A stretch of 64,000 bases of DNA from an uncultured Acidobacteriota bacterium (GCA_963777605.1 CAVZRV010000007.1:1-64000), one strand, 5' to 3'. Positions 18,826 to 29,543 are shown, counted from the first letter of the stretch. Notes: a model not told the origin generated them from the sequence alone. Program-made: numbers and translations.

Positions 18826-19584
18826 ATGAACCCGATCTATAGCGCGATCTTCGAAATTCAGGAGTTTACCCTCCTTTCGGCCAAATCAATCAGCAACCTG
18901 TTTCGAAGGCCGCGTTATTTCCAGGACACATTTCAGCAGATGGATGCGGTGGGCGTCAGTTCGACGGGCATCGTGATGCTCACGGGTTTCTTCACGGGCG
19001 GAGTTCTGGCCCTGCAGTCATCCAACTCCCTCCAGGATTTTGGGGCGATCAATCTGACAGGGCAACTCGTGGCACTTTCTCTGATACGCGAACTGGGACC
19101 GGTCCTGACGGCACTTATGATCGCAGGGCGGGTCGGTTCGGGCATTGCTTCCGAGTTGGGCTCAATGGTCGTCACCGAGCAGATTAACGCGATGCGAGCA
19201 CTGGGTACCGACCCGACCAAGAAGTTGGTCACACCCCGCATGGTGGCCTGTACAACGATGGTTCCGCTGCTGACTGTAATTGCAGATCTGTTCGGCCTGA
19301 TCGGAGGCTGGATCGTTGCGATCTACGCCCTGCGGCTCAACACGAGCCTGTACTGGAACACGGCACTGCGGTCCCTGTCATATACCGATGCACTGGGAGG
19401 ATTGATAAAACCGCTGGTCTTTGGGTTTATCGTAGGGATGATCGGATCCTATTTCGGCCTCAGAACGAAAGGAGGCACCCGCGGGGTGGGGAGTTCAACG
19501 ACCCAGGCTGTCGTTTTTGCGTCAATCCTGGTGATTATCAGCGACTTCTTCCTGAGCAAGCTCATCCTGGAGATTCGGTTTTGA
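18826..19584 (+). CDS. mlaE: MlaE-family ABC permease
   Basis: RELGPVLTALMIAGRVGSGIASELGSMVVTEQINAM. Confidence 0.93.
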   Translation: MNPIYSAIFEIQEFTLLSAKSISNLFRRPRYFQDTFQQMDAVGVSSTGIVMLTGFFTGGVLALQSSNSLQDFGAINLTGQLVALSLIRELGPVLTALMIAGRVGSGIASELGSMVVTEQINAMRALGTDPTKKLVTPRMVACTTMVPLLTVIADLFGLIGGWIVAIYALRLNTSLYWNTALRSLSYTDALGGLIKPLVFGFIVGMIGSYFGLRTKGGTRGVGSSTTQAVVFASILVIISDFFLSKLILEIRF

Positions 19585-20375
19585 GCACTATCCGATTCGA
19601 GTCTGTGAGCAAGGCTTACGGATCGACCGTCGTGCTCAATGATTTCAGCATGGAGGTCGGATCCGCCGAGATGAAGGTCATCCTGGGGGGCAGCGGCTCG
19701 GGAAAATCCACCATCCTCAAAATGGTCTTGGGGCTGATCAAGCCGGACGAAGGGAGGTTGTTCGTGTTCGACTCCGACATTACCGAGATGGACGAAGACG
19801 AGTTGATGCCCATTCGTGGAAGAATTGGCATGGTTTTTCAGGCGGGAGCCCTGTTCGATTCGCTGACGGTAGGAGAGAATGTCGCCTATCGGCTTCGGGA
19901 GCAGCGGAAAATCAGCGAAAGAGAGATTCGCGATACCGCCCTCGAAGTCCTGGGTTTCGTTGGGCTGGAAAAATCCATTGACCGGATGCCGTCAGAGCTT
20001 TCGGGCGGAATGCGTCGCAGAGTGGCAATCGCACGAGCGCTGGTTGGGAACCCTGAGATCATGCTTTACGATGAGCCGACCGCGGGGCTCGATCCGATCA
20101 CGAGCCGAACGATCAGCGATCTGATGATGAGACTCAGAGACATTGAGAAAGTGACCTCCATCTTCGTGACTCATGATCTCAAGGTTACCCACACGATTTC
20201 TGAGGAGTACGCCTCACAGGAAAACGGAGGAGAAATCACGTTTTCACGAAGACCGGAGGGGGCAGAGGAAAGAGCCGGAGTAATCATTCTCAAGGAGGGC
20301 GAGGTCCTACTGGAGGGATCCGAACAGGAAATCCAACAGTCCCAAGATCCCTATATACGTGATTTTCTGGATTAA
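19581..20375 (+). CDS. mlaF: MlaF-family ABC ATPase
   Basis: GGSGSGKS, FQAGALFDSL, LSGGMRRRVAIAR, YDEPTAGLDP. Confidence 0.93.
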   Translation: MSTIRFESVSKAYGSTVVLNDFSMEVGSAEMKVILGGSGSGKSTILKMVLGLIKPDEGRLFVFDSDITEMDEDELMPIRGRIGMVFQAGALFDSLTVGENVAYRLREQRKISEREIRDTALEVLGFVGLEKSIDRMPSELSGGMRRRVAIARALVGNPEIMLYDEPTAGLDPITSRTISDLMMRLRDIEKVTSIFVTHDLKVTHTISEEYASQENGGEITFSRRPEGAEERAGVIILKEGEVLLEGSEQEIQQSQDPYIRDFLD

Positions 20376-20384
20376 GGAACGCAT

Positions 20385-21791
20385 ATGAGTCCGAGGCAAC
20401 AACCCAGCCTGACTGAACTTAAGGTCGGCATCTTTGTAGTCGTAGCCTGTGCCATCCTCGCAATGGCCATTTTCGCCATCGGATCCCAGGTGGGTCTTTT
20501 CGAGGAACAGTTTCTGGCCCTGACTTACCTGAGTAATGTTTCGGGCCTGAAGCCCGGGGATGTAGTACTTCTGGGTGGGGTGGAAGTTGGCAACGTGACC
20601 AAAGTTGAGATTTCACGACCGGGGGAGCTCCCACAAACCACAGCCAACGCCGAGATTCTCCAGGAGGTAGCACGACTGATGGATAATCTCGACCGCAATC
20701 AGAACCAGGCCAGCGAAACTGAAGCCAAACTCCAGACCGGTCGCGCAAAATACCGCGCGACCGTCGATCAATCCGGCGCAACTGCGCCGGGAGCCCAGAA
20801 GCTGCGCTCACAACTGGATGACTTACAGGACAAACTGCGGTCGGAACAGAACGAGGTCCGCAACATCCGTGAGGAGATCGCCCAGGAACGAACCGGCCTC
20901 CAGAACATTGAAGTCGAAATGCGTATCAACGAGGAATATCGGGATTGGATCCGTTCGGACAGTCAGATTTCTCTAGGCTCGGTCGGACTTCTGGGCGACA
21001 AATACATCGAGATTTCCCTGGGGCGAACCGATGAGCCGCCGATGACCCTTCCCCGCACGGTAGTCGGATGGTTTGGAACATCCACCGAACAGACTGTATT
21101 GATTACCGGAACCCAACAGGCCTCATTCGCCGAGTTGATCACCGGGGCGAACGACATCCTCGCCAACTTCAAGACTCTGTCTGACCAGGTTCAGTCGATT
21201 ATGGGAAACTTTGAGGCTGGTGAAGGAACAGTCGGCAAGTTCATCACCGATCCGTCTTTTTACAACAACTTGAACTCGACAGTTGAAAATGCCAACCAGG
21301 CCACGGAAAGAATCGCCGAGCTGGTGGGAAACTTGGGTGAAGGCCAGGGGACCTTGTCAAAGCTTCTCAAGGACGACGAACTTTACAATCGTCTCCTAGC
21401 GACCGTCGACAACGTGGAGAGTTTAACAGGCAAGATCAATACCGGGGACGGAACACTCGGCCAACTTGTCAACGACCCCGCCGTTTACAAGAAGATGGAT
21501 CAATTGATCGCCAACCTGGAAGGGATTACGGACCGGCTGAATCGGGGAGAGGGCACGCTGGGGAAACTGGTTAAGGACGATGCGTTCTACAAATCACTGC
21601 AGACCAGTGTTGACGAACTCTCCGCAATCCTGAAAGACTTCAGGGCGGGGAAGGGGACGCTTGGTAAACTCGCGACGGACGACGCTCTCTACGGGAATCT
21701 GAACGAGGTTTCCTCTGAGGTCGTGAAGCTGATATATGACTTTCGCCAGGATCCCAAAAAGTTCCTGACCATCAAGTTTGAGCTTTTCTGA
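20385..21791 (+). CDS. mlaD: MCE/MlaD-family protein with inserted coiled coil and helical repeats
   Basis: TM, GLKPGD.V.LGGVEVG.V, GLLGDKYIEI and five G.GT.GK...D repeats. Confidence 0.88.
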   Translation: MSPRQQPSLTELKVGIFVVVACAILAMAIFAIGSQVGLFEEQFLALTYLSNVSGLKPGDVVLLGGVEVGNVTKVEISRPGELPQTTANAEILQEVARLMDNLDRNQNQASETEAKLQTGRAKYRATVDQSGATAPGAQKLRSQLDDLQDKLRSEQNEVRNIREEIAQERTGLQNIEVEMRINEEYRDWIRSDSQISLGSVGLLGDKYIEISLGRTDEPPMTLPRTVVGWFGTSTEQTVLITGTQQASFAELITGANDILANFKTLSDQVQSIMGNFEAGEGTVGKFITDPSFYNNLNSTVENANQATERIAELVGNLGEGQGTLSKLLKDDELYNRLLATVDNVESLTGKINTGDGTLGQLVNDPAVYKKMDQLIANLEGITDRLNRGEGTLGKLVKDDAFYKSLQTSVDELSAILKDFRAGKGTLGKLATDDALYGNLNEVSSEVVKLIYDFRQDPKKFLTIKFELF

Positions 21792-21800
21792 GGGGGGAGA

Positions 21801-22397
21801 ATGATCTCGAGTAAAATCGGCGATGGGGCGCAGGTTCTCCTGCGGGGAATTATTCGTGCCCTGATCTTCCTGCGAATCCGGCCCAATCACCTGACCATGG
21901 CCGGGTTCGTCATGAGTATCGTCGTCGCAGTCATTTTCGCAGAGGGGAAATTCCGCCTTGCCGGCGTGGTACTGATCATCGCCGGCCTTTTCGACATGGC
22001 CGATGGAATGGTCGCTCGGAAGATCGGTGCGGAAACCAAGTTTGGGGCCTTTTTCGACTCGATCATGGACCGGTATTCCGACCTGATCATGTACCTCGGC
22101 CTGGTCATCTATTACGGCCGCTCAGAGCGTATCACCTACGTCGTACTGGTCGGCATCGTGATGATGGGATCCGTTCTGACCAGCTACGCCCGTGCCCGTG
22201 CCGAAAGCCTGATCCCTAAATGCAAGGTTGGCTTTCTGGAACGTCCCGAACGGATCGTCCTTCTGATTATCGGCTCCTTCTATTTCATGGACCCGGTTCT
22301 CTGGGTCATCGCGGTACTCGGGAACTGGACGGTCGTCCATCGCATACTCTATACCCGAGCGGTACTCCAAGGCCGAAACGGGATAGTGAATCCCTAG
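21801..22397 (+). CDS. CDP-alcohol phosphatidyltransferase family protein
   Basis: PNHLT, DMADGMVAR...GAFFDSIMDR, SYARARAE. Confidence 0.9.
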   Translation: MISSKIGDGAQVLLRGIIRALIFLRIRPNHLTMAGFVMSIVVAVIFAEGKFRLAGVVLIIAGLFDMADGMVARKIGAETKFGAFFDSIMDRYSDLIMYLGLVIYYGRSERITYVVLVGIVMMGSVLTSYARARAESLIPKCKVGFLERPERIVLLIIGSFYFMDPVLWVIAVLGNWTVVHRILYTRAVLQGRNGIVNP

Positions 22398-22399
22398 CC

Positions 22400-23095
22400 C
22401 TAGTTCTTGATCAGATTGACGTCTTTCGGGAGTTTCAGATCAAAGCGTGACTTCGAGAGCTTAGGGTTGAGCTGAATATTGGAGAAGGTGATCAACAGGT
22501 GGTCCTGGGTCGGCTCGATCAGTTGCTGCTGAATGGGGATCCAACGCTCGGCGTCGATCCAAAGGATGATACGAACGAAGAACGCGGCCACCCGGTCGGA
22601 TTTCGGCTTGAGTTCGAGCTTGTAGGTCTTCAGATCTTCAACGTTCTCCTCTCCCAAAAGTGAGATGTCGTAGGTAGACTTGAGAGCCGTCTTATCGGTT
22701 CCGAACCCGAGCAAAAGGAACTCGGCCTTGTCGCCGTTATTGCCCAACTGGTACTGTTGAGCTTGCTTCAGAGAGGGCTGATAAAAGGTGACGGTCCCGT
22801 CCCTGATCACCAGGGAGTTCACGGTCGGCTCCGTAATTTCCTTGCGGAGCATGACCTTGTCTCCATCCTTCAGGAAGAGGAAGGTCCCCTTCTCCCCGGA
22901 ATCGTACTCGGAGAGGATATCGGTCCACTTCTTCTGGACCAGATCTGCCTCCATGCTCTTCAGGTTTTTGCCCACATGGTCGATGTGCGAGAGGATTTCG
23001 TCCAGAGTAGCGCCAAACGAAAGTCCCCCAGACAGGAGGAGGATCACAGCGAGGAGAATAAGCTTCTGGCTCAACAGATTCCCTGATTGACTCAT
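22400..23095 (-). CDS. lolA: LolA-like outer membrane lipoprotein carrier
   Basis: Signal peptide, A...Q......G.F.F, LELKPK, I.LWID...W.P, FSNIQLNP.L...RF. Confidence 0.75.
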   Translation of the reverse strand: MSQSGNLLSQKLILLAVILLLSGGLSFGATLDEILSHIDHVGKNLKSMEADLVQKKWTDILSEYDSGEKGTFLFLKDGDKVMLRKEITEPTVNSLVIRDGTVTFYQPSLKQAQQYQLGNNGDKAEFLLLGFGTDKTALKSTYDISLLGEENVEDLKTYKLELKPKSDRVAAFFVRIILWIDAERWIPIQQQLIEPTQDHLLITFSNIQLNPKLSKSRFDLKLPKDVNLIKN

Positions 23096-23137
23096 GCCAT
23101 TCCTTTAGATCCGATAGCGGGGAATAGGTTTCGAAAA

Positions 23138-23386
23138 CTATTGGTCGGCGGGTTGGTGAACGTTGGGCGTACTCTCCGAATCGTCTGAAGTCTTATCGGG
23201 CGTTGGCGCACTCTCCGACTGTTTTTCGCCGACCCACTCGCGAAAGTAGCTCCCATCGAAAACGCTCTTGGGGGTCGCGAAAATGAAAACCAGAATCAGA
23301 CCACAGAGGATATCGTACTGCCAGCTTCCGCGCGCGTAACGCCAGAAGAGCACTCGACCGATGCTTTTCAATGGACCACCCGACAT
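23138..23386 (-). CDS. Small single-TM hypothetical protein
   Basis: FWRYARGSWQYDILCGLILVFIFATP, embedded in the operon. Confidence 0.7.
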   Translation of the reverse strand: MSGGPLKSIGRVLFWRYARGSWQYDILCGLILVFIFATPKSVFDGSYFREWVGEKQSESAPTPDKTSDDSESTPNVHQPADQ

Positions 23387-23388
23387 GT

Positions 23389-24135
23389 TCAGACACCTGT
23401 TGGTTCGACTGCGTAGACCAGATTGCGGACTCGGTTCAGGACCCGGCCGTCACGCATTTCCAGCATCCGGGAAGCCGTTGCGCCAGCCTCCGGATCATGG
23501 GTGATCATTACGATTGTCTGGCGATAGCGTTGATTCAGACTCTGGAGCATTTCCAGAACCATCTGGGAATTCTCCGAGTCCAGGTTGCCGGTCGGCTCAT
23601 CCGCGAGCAGAATAGCCGGCCGATTGATCACGGCACGGGCAATCGCCACTCGCTGCTGCTCTCCACCAGACAGTTCGGTGGGCTTGTGGTTCAACTTGTG
23701 CTCCAATCCCAGCATGGCAAGGATCTCACGAACGCTCTCCGGACCGTTCGAGGAGTGACCGTTACCGTGGATTTTCCGAGCCAGTTCGATGTTGTCGACT
23801 GCGCTGAGGGTCGGCAGCAGGTTGTAGCGCTGAAAAACAAACCCGATCTTCTTCCGCCGGATCTCGGTTCGCTTGCTATCGCTGATTGACGCCAGATCAA
23901 TACCGTCGATCCTCACACTACCCGACGACGGAGTGAGCAAACCTCCCAGCAGGTGAAGCAGGGTTGATTTCCCGCACCCGCTCGGTCCCATTACGGCGAC
24001 GAATTCACCTTCTTTAACCGTCATGTCGACGCCACGCAGTGCCGGAACCTCCACTTTACCGACCCGGTAAACCATCTGGAGATTTTCCGTGACTACGATG
24101 TCGCGTCGCTGACTGATTCCAATTGTCTTACTCAT
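23389..24135 (-). CDS. LolD/MacB-type ABC ATPase
   Basis: [40 protein letters not shown]. Confidence 0.93.
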   Translation of the reverse strand: MSKTIGISQRRDIVVTENLQMVYRVGKVEVPALRGVDMTVKEGEFVAVMGPSGCGKSTLLHLLGGLLTPSSGSVRIDGIDLASISDSKRTEIRRKKIGFVFQRYNLLPTLSAVDNIELARKIHGNGHSSNGPESVREILAMLGLEHKLNHKPTELSGGEQQRVAIARAVINRPAILLADEPTGNLDSENSQMVLEMLQSLNQRYRQTIVMITHDPEAGATASRMLEMRDGRVLNRVRNLVYAVEPTGV

Positions 24136-25219
24136 ATCCCAGAGCCTTTACTGGATCCAGCTGGGCCGCCTTGATCGCCGGATAAAGCGCACCCAGTACG
24201 CCCCCAGCGACCGCCAGTAAAGCGGCGGCCACTCGCCAATAACCCGGGATCATCACCGGCATTGCCGGGAAGGTCACCAGAATAAGCTGGATCGAAATGA
24301 ATGTCAAAATGAAACCGACGACTACTCCAAGAGCGCAGATCAACAGCGATTCCTCGAGAATCAGCTGAATGATGTAGGTCTTGGATGCGCCCAGCGATTT
24401 CAGGATTCCAATCTCCCGCGTCCGCTCCGTAATCGTCGTATACATCGCCAGCAGGATGATTAAGAAGCTGATTACAACTGAAATGAACACGATCGCCGTC
24501 AGGAACTGTTTGAAGACGGGTGTCGTCGAGGCCATGATCTCCTGCAGGTCCGCCGTTTTCGTAATCTTGTAGTGAGGCATGCGCTCGGAGATCCTATTGT
24601 AGGCTTCGTCGACGGACACTCCTGGAGCGACTCGGGCAAAAAACATAGTTGCCTTGTCCGGCGTTCCGTTCATCTCCTGCAACGTTGCAAGCGGCATCAG
24701 AACGCGGGCCGCCGTGCCCTGCTCGAAAACGCCACAAATCAGAAAATCTCGCCCCAGCAACTCCACATGGTCGCCGACGTCCTTCTGGTTCGTCTTCGCA
24801 TATATGGTGTCGATCACGACTTCATCCGGGCGATCGAACATACGACCCCGGACAAAAGTGAGCGTGCTGTTGACCCGCTGGAAGCTTTCCTTGTCAATTC
24901 CAAATACGACGTGGAATTTCTCACTGATGAACTTGGCCAGAATCGGGGTGGCAGCCTCGATACCCGGAACTTCCTCGATCACCTTCTGGATCTTGACAGG
25001 CAACGTGCCGCTGTTGAGCGCGAAGAAGAAGGAGGCGTCCGGGGGCTGAACCATGAAATCGCCTCCGACCCGACGAGTTCGCTCAGCACTGTCGCTGAAC
25101 TGCCCGTAGGTCAAGCCGACACTGACCAGAATCAGGACAACTCCGATGGAGATGGCCAGAGTACTGACCGCAGTTCGTGTCGGGCGCTGTAGCAGGTTCG
25201 AGTATATGTGCTTAATCAT
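24128..25219 (-). CDS. MacB/LolC/E-type (FtsX) ABC permease
   Basis: TM1, periplasmic domain, [29 protein letters not shown]. Confidence 0.9.
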   Translation of the reverse strand: MIKHIYSNLLQRPTRTAVSTLAISIGVVLILVSVGLTYGQFSDSAERTRRVGGDFMVQPPDASFFFALNSGTLPVKIQKVIEEVPGIEAATPILAKFISEKFHVVFGIDKESFQRVNSTLTFVRGRMFDRPDEVVIDTIYAKTNQKDVGDHVELLGRDFLICGVFEQGTAARVLMPLATLQEMNGTPDKATMFFARVAPGVSVDEAYNRISERMPHYKITKTADLQEIMASTTPVFKQFLTAIVFISVVISFLIILLAMYTTITERTREIGILKSLGASKTYIIQLILEESLLICALGVVVGFILTFISIQLILVTFPAMPVMIPGYWRVAAALLAVAGGVLGALYPAIKAAQLDPVKALGYE

Positions 25220-26112
25220 CGGACGTTTTCCTGTCGCTTGCCGGTCACTTCAATCACCTCCGCCCCGGGAGGCGGTTCAAGGACAAACGCATCGTCCTTT
25301 ACTTCTCGATTGAGTTGAATGCTATCCGGTTCAAGATGGAAGGCGATCGAGTAGCGATCGATGGGTCGGTCGATCTTGACGACAGTGCTGACGAGCTTCC
25401 CGTCGATCTCGATGGGATCGTTGTAAGTCACATCACTCTTCACTTCCGAGTCCACGAAGAACTGCTGACGCCGTATCTGCATCGTACTTCGCTCGATCCA
25501 TATACGCCGATCCAGCTTCAACAGCGACGTACCGGGAGTGCCCGCGAAAACACCCATGACGTAGTACTTGTACTCGGCATCCTGCGATTCCTCCACATAG
25601 TACATATACCCCTGCCCCTGCGGGACGGGGTCAATGAGAATGCCTTCGAGTATGTGACTCGGCCTCACGTTATAGACAGGATTCTTTTCCTCAGACTTCA
25701 TATCGGTCAGTCCGGTGACGAACTGATTGCGCGACGGAATCCAAATTTGGAAACGGCCATGCCGGGACGCCATTACCAGGACCGACGAACTCGTGAGAGG
25801 GTTCAGGACGTTGACGAAGATCGAATCCGGCCGACGGGCAACCAACAGTCCCTTTGCCTTCCGGTACTTCTCGAAATAGCCCTCCTCGACCGACCCTCCC
25901 GTGAACTCCACGTCGAGCTTGGAAACAACCATGCCTTCGATGCCGGCATAGCGATCGTTAATCAGATGGATCAGATCTTCAAATGATGCCGCCTTGGCGG
26001 CAGAATAGGCCGGAGGGATCGTGAGTACCTTGCGTTCCTTGACGGCACCACACCCCAGGATCGGGAGACTCAACAAGAAGAGAATCAGGTAATTTCGGCT
26101 ATTCATCATCAA
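25216..26112 (-). CDS. Lipoprotein with putative LolA/LolB-like fold (DUF4292-like)
   Basis: Lipobox ILGC, a beta-rich body, and C-terminal IQLN..V.DDAF.L.PPPGA resembling LolA-fold termini. Confidence 0.6.
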   Translation of the reverse strand: MMMNSRNYLILFLLSLPILGCGAVKERKVLTIPPAYSAAKAASFEDLIHLINDRYAGIEGMVVSKLDVEFTGGSVEEGYFEKYRKAKGLLVARRPDSIFVNVLNPLTSSSVLVMASRHGRFQIWIPSRNQFVTGLTDMKSEEKNPVYNVRPSHILEGILIDPVPQGQGYMYYVEESQDAEYKYYVMGVFAGTPGTSLLKLDRRIWIERSTMQIRRQQFFVDSEVKSDVTYNDPIEIDGKLVSTVVKIDRPIDRYSIAFHLEPDSIQLNREVKDDAFVLEPPPGAEVIEVTGKRQENVR

Positions 26113-26757
26113 CTAGGCCGGGGAACTCCCCTGCGCCCGTCTCTTCATCCTTAAGACCATCAACAGCACGATGGACAGTATGAGGAACGCGGCCAACACA
26201 ACCCCAGCGGCAGGCAGGTTGTCGTGAATGAAGTGAACCGTCCATTCTCCGTAGAAAACCGCCAGAACGCCCCATGCCAGATACCGGATGGTTCGCCCGA
26301 CACTCACCGCCGCCAGGAACTTCATGAACGGCAACTTGAACACTCCAGCCGTCAAAACAAAAACTTTGAACGGAGTGGGGGGCGGCAGAATCGACGGGAT
26401 CATCACCGCCCAGACTCCCCACTTCTCGTATTGCCGCGCCATCCGCGCAACCCGCGCCGGGTCCAGGCGACGTTCGACAAACCCGCCACCGCGGCGCCCA
26501 ACCAGATAAAGCAAGCTACAACCGGTGATTGATCCAAGCACCGTCATCGCTACGAAATACAGCATGCGATCCCAACTCTGGCCGATCGAAAGCACAACGA
26601 TCAGAATGTCGCTCCCTTCCGGCACCGAGAGGAACGAGGAGTCGCCCAAGGCAATCAGGAACAGCCCCGGACCTCCCAATCCCCGTGCAAATGCATAGAC
26701 GGCCGCTGTTACGGCCTTCAGATAGCCCAGAATTCCTGTTGCTTCTGCCAGTAACAT
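26113..26757 (-). CDS. DedA/VTT (YqaA-like) membrane protein
   Basis: DSSFLSVPEGSD, GS..G..LLYLVGRRGG, PPPTPFKVFVLTAG, GRTIRY. Confidence 0.88.
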   Translation of the reverse strand: MLLAEATGILGYLKAVTAAVYAFARGLGGPGLFLIALGDSSFLSVPEGSDILIVVLSIGQSWDRMLYFVAMTVLGSITGCSLLYLVGRRGGGFVERRLDPARVARMARQYEKWGVWAVMIPSILPPPTPFKVFVLTAGVFKLPFMKFLAAVSVGRTIRYLAWGVLAVFYGEWTVHFIHDNLPAAGVVLAAFLILSIVLLMVLRMKRRAQGSSPA

Positions 26758-27105
26758 CCGCGCCCTTTGGAATCACACCGTACTTAAAGAGCAGGAACTA
26801 TACCAGTTCAGTGAGTTTCCCGAGACAATTTGGCAAAAAGACGGAAATTCAACCTTCACCCACCTTCTAAACACAGTGTATCGCTTCTTTGATCTTCGGG
26901 ATCCGCAAACGATTGCTACTTCTATTATGACTGGTGTAGCCTATTGCTTGCACTTCCCGCCATATTTTCGCGCACTCGGCGACCGACTGGAACTTGGCGC
27001 GTCTTCTCCAGTAAGATCGGGAATCCAACCAAACCCTGATTCACGACGACTTCGAGGATCCCAAAGAAGTCGGCAACCCTAGCACCGGACGTTCGGCGAG
27101 TCAAC

Positions 27106-27498
27106 ATGAAGGACAGGATTTCAGAAATAGCCACCGACCTTCTCGCCCTGTACGGTTCGGTCGCCACAGGTTCCAGGACACGGCGAATCAAGCTTCTGGG
27201 GCGGAAATGCCAGCCCGTCATACTCAAGACGTTCCTCGGCTTCGAACTTCAGATGGGACGCACCAGGCTGACCTGCCCCGACCTGACAACAGCGCGCTAC
27301 CTCAAAATCTTTGCCGAAATGGGCTGCGCCGAGATCCAGATTCCCTATGACCCTACGATAACGGCAGAAGTCATTCCCCGGCTGGACGAGTTATTCGCCG
27401 AACTGAGGAAAGAATGCACCGATGCGGGACAGCTGCGGAGGGCATTCCAAAACTTGCGGAAGAAATTGCAGTCTCAGGAGCCCACAGAACCGACGTAG
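27106..27498 (+). CDS. Hypothetical protein
   Basis: 130-aa ORF with protein-like composition, followed by a hairpin. No recognised family. Confidence 0.7.
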   Translation: MKDRISEIATDLLALYGSVATGSRTRRIKLLGRKCQPVILKTFLGFELQMGRTRLTCPDLTTARYLKIFAEMGCAEIQIPYDPTITAEVIPRLDELFAELRKECTDAGQLRRAFQNLRKKLQSQEPTEPT

Positions 27499-27501
27499 AC
27501 A

Positions 27502-27530
27502 GGGGCCGGCCCCGAATGGAAACCGGCCCC
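27502..27530. terminator. Hairpin between convergent genes
   Basis: GGGGCCGG...CCGGCCCC inverted repeat. Confidence 0.6.
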
Positions 27531-27543
27531 ATTTCACTGCCTA

Positions 27544-29463
27544 CTACTTCTTTTCGTCTACGTCGACATACTCGGCGTCGATCACCTCATCGTCCGACCC
27601 GGGCTGACTTCCCTGGTCTGCGCCCGGGTCGCCACCGGAGGCCGACTGGCCATCCTCTCCGCCTTGAGCAGTCTGATAGATCACCTCGGCAAGCCGGTGT
27701 GATGCGCGGGTCAGTTCTTCAGTAGCCTTGTTGATACCGTCAACGTCCCCGCCTTCGACCGCTTTCTTGGTTTCGGCGATGGCATCCTCAACGGCCTTTG
27801 CGTCGGAATCCCCGATCTTGTCGCGGTTTTCGCGCAGAAGCTTCTCACAGCTGTAGACGAGATTGTCGGCCCGGTTGCGGGCTTCAATCTCTTCCCGCTT
27901 GCGCCGATCTTCATCAGCGTGAGCCTCTGCATTCTTCACCATGTCATCGATTTCCGAGTCATTCAGGCCGCTCGAACCGGAGATGGTGATCTTCTGCTCT
28001 TTGCCCGTTCCTCGGTCCTTGGCGGAGACATTGAGGATTCCGTTGGCATCGATGTCGAAGGTCACCTCGACCTGGGGGACGCCACGAGGGGCCGGCGGAA
28101 TCCCGACCAGGTGAAATCTCCCCAGCGACTTGTTGTCACGGGCCATCGGCCTTTCGCCCTGCAGAACGCTGATCTCAACCGAGGTCTGGTTGTCGGCAGC
28201 GGTGGAGAATACTTCGCTCTTCCGGGTCGGAATGGTTGTGTTGCGGGCGATGAGCACCGTGGACACGCCCCCGAGAGTCTCGATCCCAAGAGAAAGAGGG
28301 GTCACATCCAGGAGCAGCACGTCTTTCACATCGCCACCCAGGACCCCGGCCTGAACAGCCGCTCCCACGGCAACGACTTCGTCGGGATTGACTCCGCGGT
28401 GCGGCTCCCGGCCGAAGAATTCCTTCACCAGTTCCTGAACCTTCGGGATCCGGGTCGAGCCGCCGACCAAGACGACCTCGTCGATCGCCGAAGCATCCAG
28501 GCCCGAATCTTTCAATGCCTGGCCGCAGGGGCCGAGCGTCTTCTGAAGAATGTCGCCTACCAGTTGCTCGAACTTGGACCGAGACAGCTTCATGTTCAGG
28601 TGCTTGGGACCCGACGCGTCAGCGGTGATGAAGGGCAGGTTGATCTCCGTCTCCTGGGTGGAGGAGAGCTCCATCTTGGCCTTCTCAGCAGCCTCCTTGA
28701 GGCGCTGTAAGGCCATCTTGTCCTTGGAGAGGTCCACTCCCTGGTCCTTCTTGAACTCGGCGACAATCCAGTCGATGATCCGCTGGTCGATGTTGTCGCC
28801 ACCCAGATGGGTATCGCCGTTCGTCGATTTGACTTCGACAACACCCTCCCCCACTTCCAGGATGGAGATGTCGAAGGTACCGCCTCCGAAGTCGAAAACC
28901 GCGATCGTCTCATCCTTCTTCTTGTCCAATCCGTAGGCGAGAGCGGCCGCGGTTGGCTCGTTGACCAGCCGCAACACCTCCAGCCCGGCAATCTTGCCGG
29001 CATCCTTGGTTGCCTGACGCTGCGAATCGTTGAAGTAGGCCGGCACCGTAATAACGGCCTGGGTGACCTTTTCCCCAAGGTAGTCCTCTGCTGCGTCCTT
29101 CAGTTTCATGAGTATTCGCGCTGAGATTTCAGGGGGAGAATAGACCTTCCCGGAAATCTCAACCGAAGCATCGCCGTTGTTGGCCCGGACGACCTTATAG
29201 GGCACCATGCCCATTTCTTCGTTCACTTCCCCATGACGCCTTCCCATGAAGCGCTTGATGGAGAAAATCGTGTTCTCGGGGTTGGTGATCGCCTGCCGCT
29301 TGGCTACCTGGCCGACCAATTGCTCCCCTGTCTTCGTGTATGCAACAACCGAGGGCATAGTCCGGCCGCCCTCGGAATTCGTAATTACCGTTGGGTTACC
29401 ACCTTCCATCACTGCCACGACGGAATTCGTGGTTCCCAAATCAATGCCTATGATCTTGCCCAT
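27544..29463 (-). CDS. dnaK: Chaperone DnaK
   Basis: [36 protein letters not shown]. Confidence 0.98.
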   Translation of the reverse strand: MGKIIGIDLGTTNSVVAVMEGGNPTVITNSEGGRTMPSVVAYTKTGEQLVGQVAKRQAITNPENTIFSIKRFMGRRHGEVNEEMGMVPYKVVRANNGDASVEISGKVYSPPEISARILMKLKDAAEDYLGEKVTQAVITVPAYFNDSQRQATKDAGKIAGLEVLRLVNEPTAAALAYGLDKKKDETIAVFDFGGGTFDISILEVGEGVVEVKSTNGDTHLGGDNIDQRIIDWIVAEFKKDQGVDLSKDKMALQRLKEAAEKAKMELSSTQETEINLPFITADASGPKHLNMKLSRSKFEQLVGDILQKTLGPCGQALKDSGLDASAIDEVVLVGGSTRIPKVQELVKEFFGREPHRGVNPDEVVAVGAAVQAGVLGGDVKDVLLLDVTPLSLGIETLGGVSTVLIARNTTIPTRKSEVFSTAADNQTSVEISVLQGERPMARDNKSLGRFHLVGIPPAPRGVPQVEVTFDIDANGILNVSAKDRGTGKEQKITISGSSGLNDSEIDDMVKNAEAHADEDRRKREEIEARNRADNLVYSCEKLLRENRDKIGDSDAKAVEDAIAETKKAVEGGDVDGINKATEELTRASHRLAEVIYQTAQGGEDGQSASGGDPGADQGSQPGSDDEVIDAEYVDVDEKK

Positions 29464-29543
29464 TCATTGCCTCCTTAACACTGGCCTTCTCTACCGATGT
29501 ATCTCTAAATTTCAATCTTTCAGTCATTTAACCCACGGTTGGT

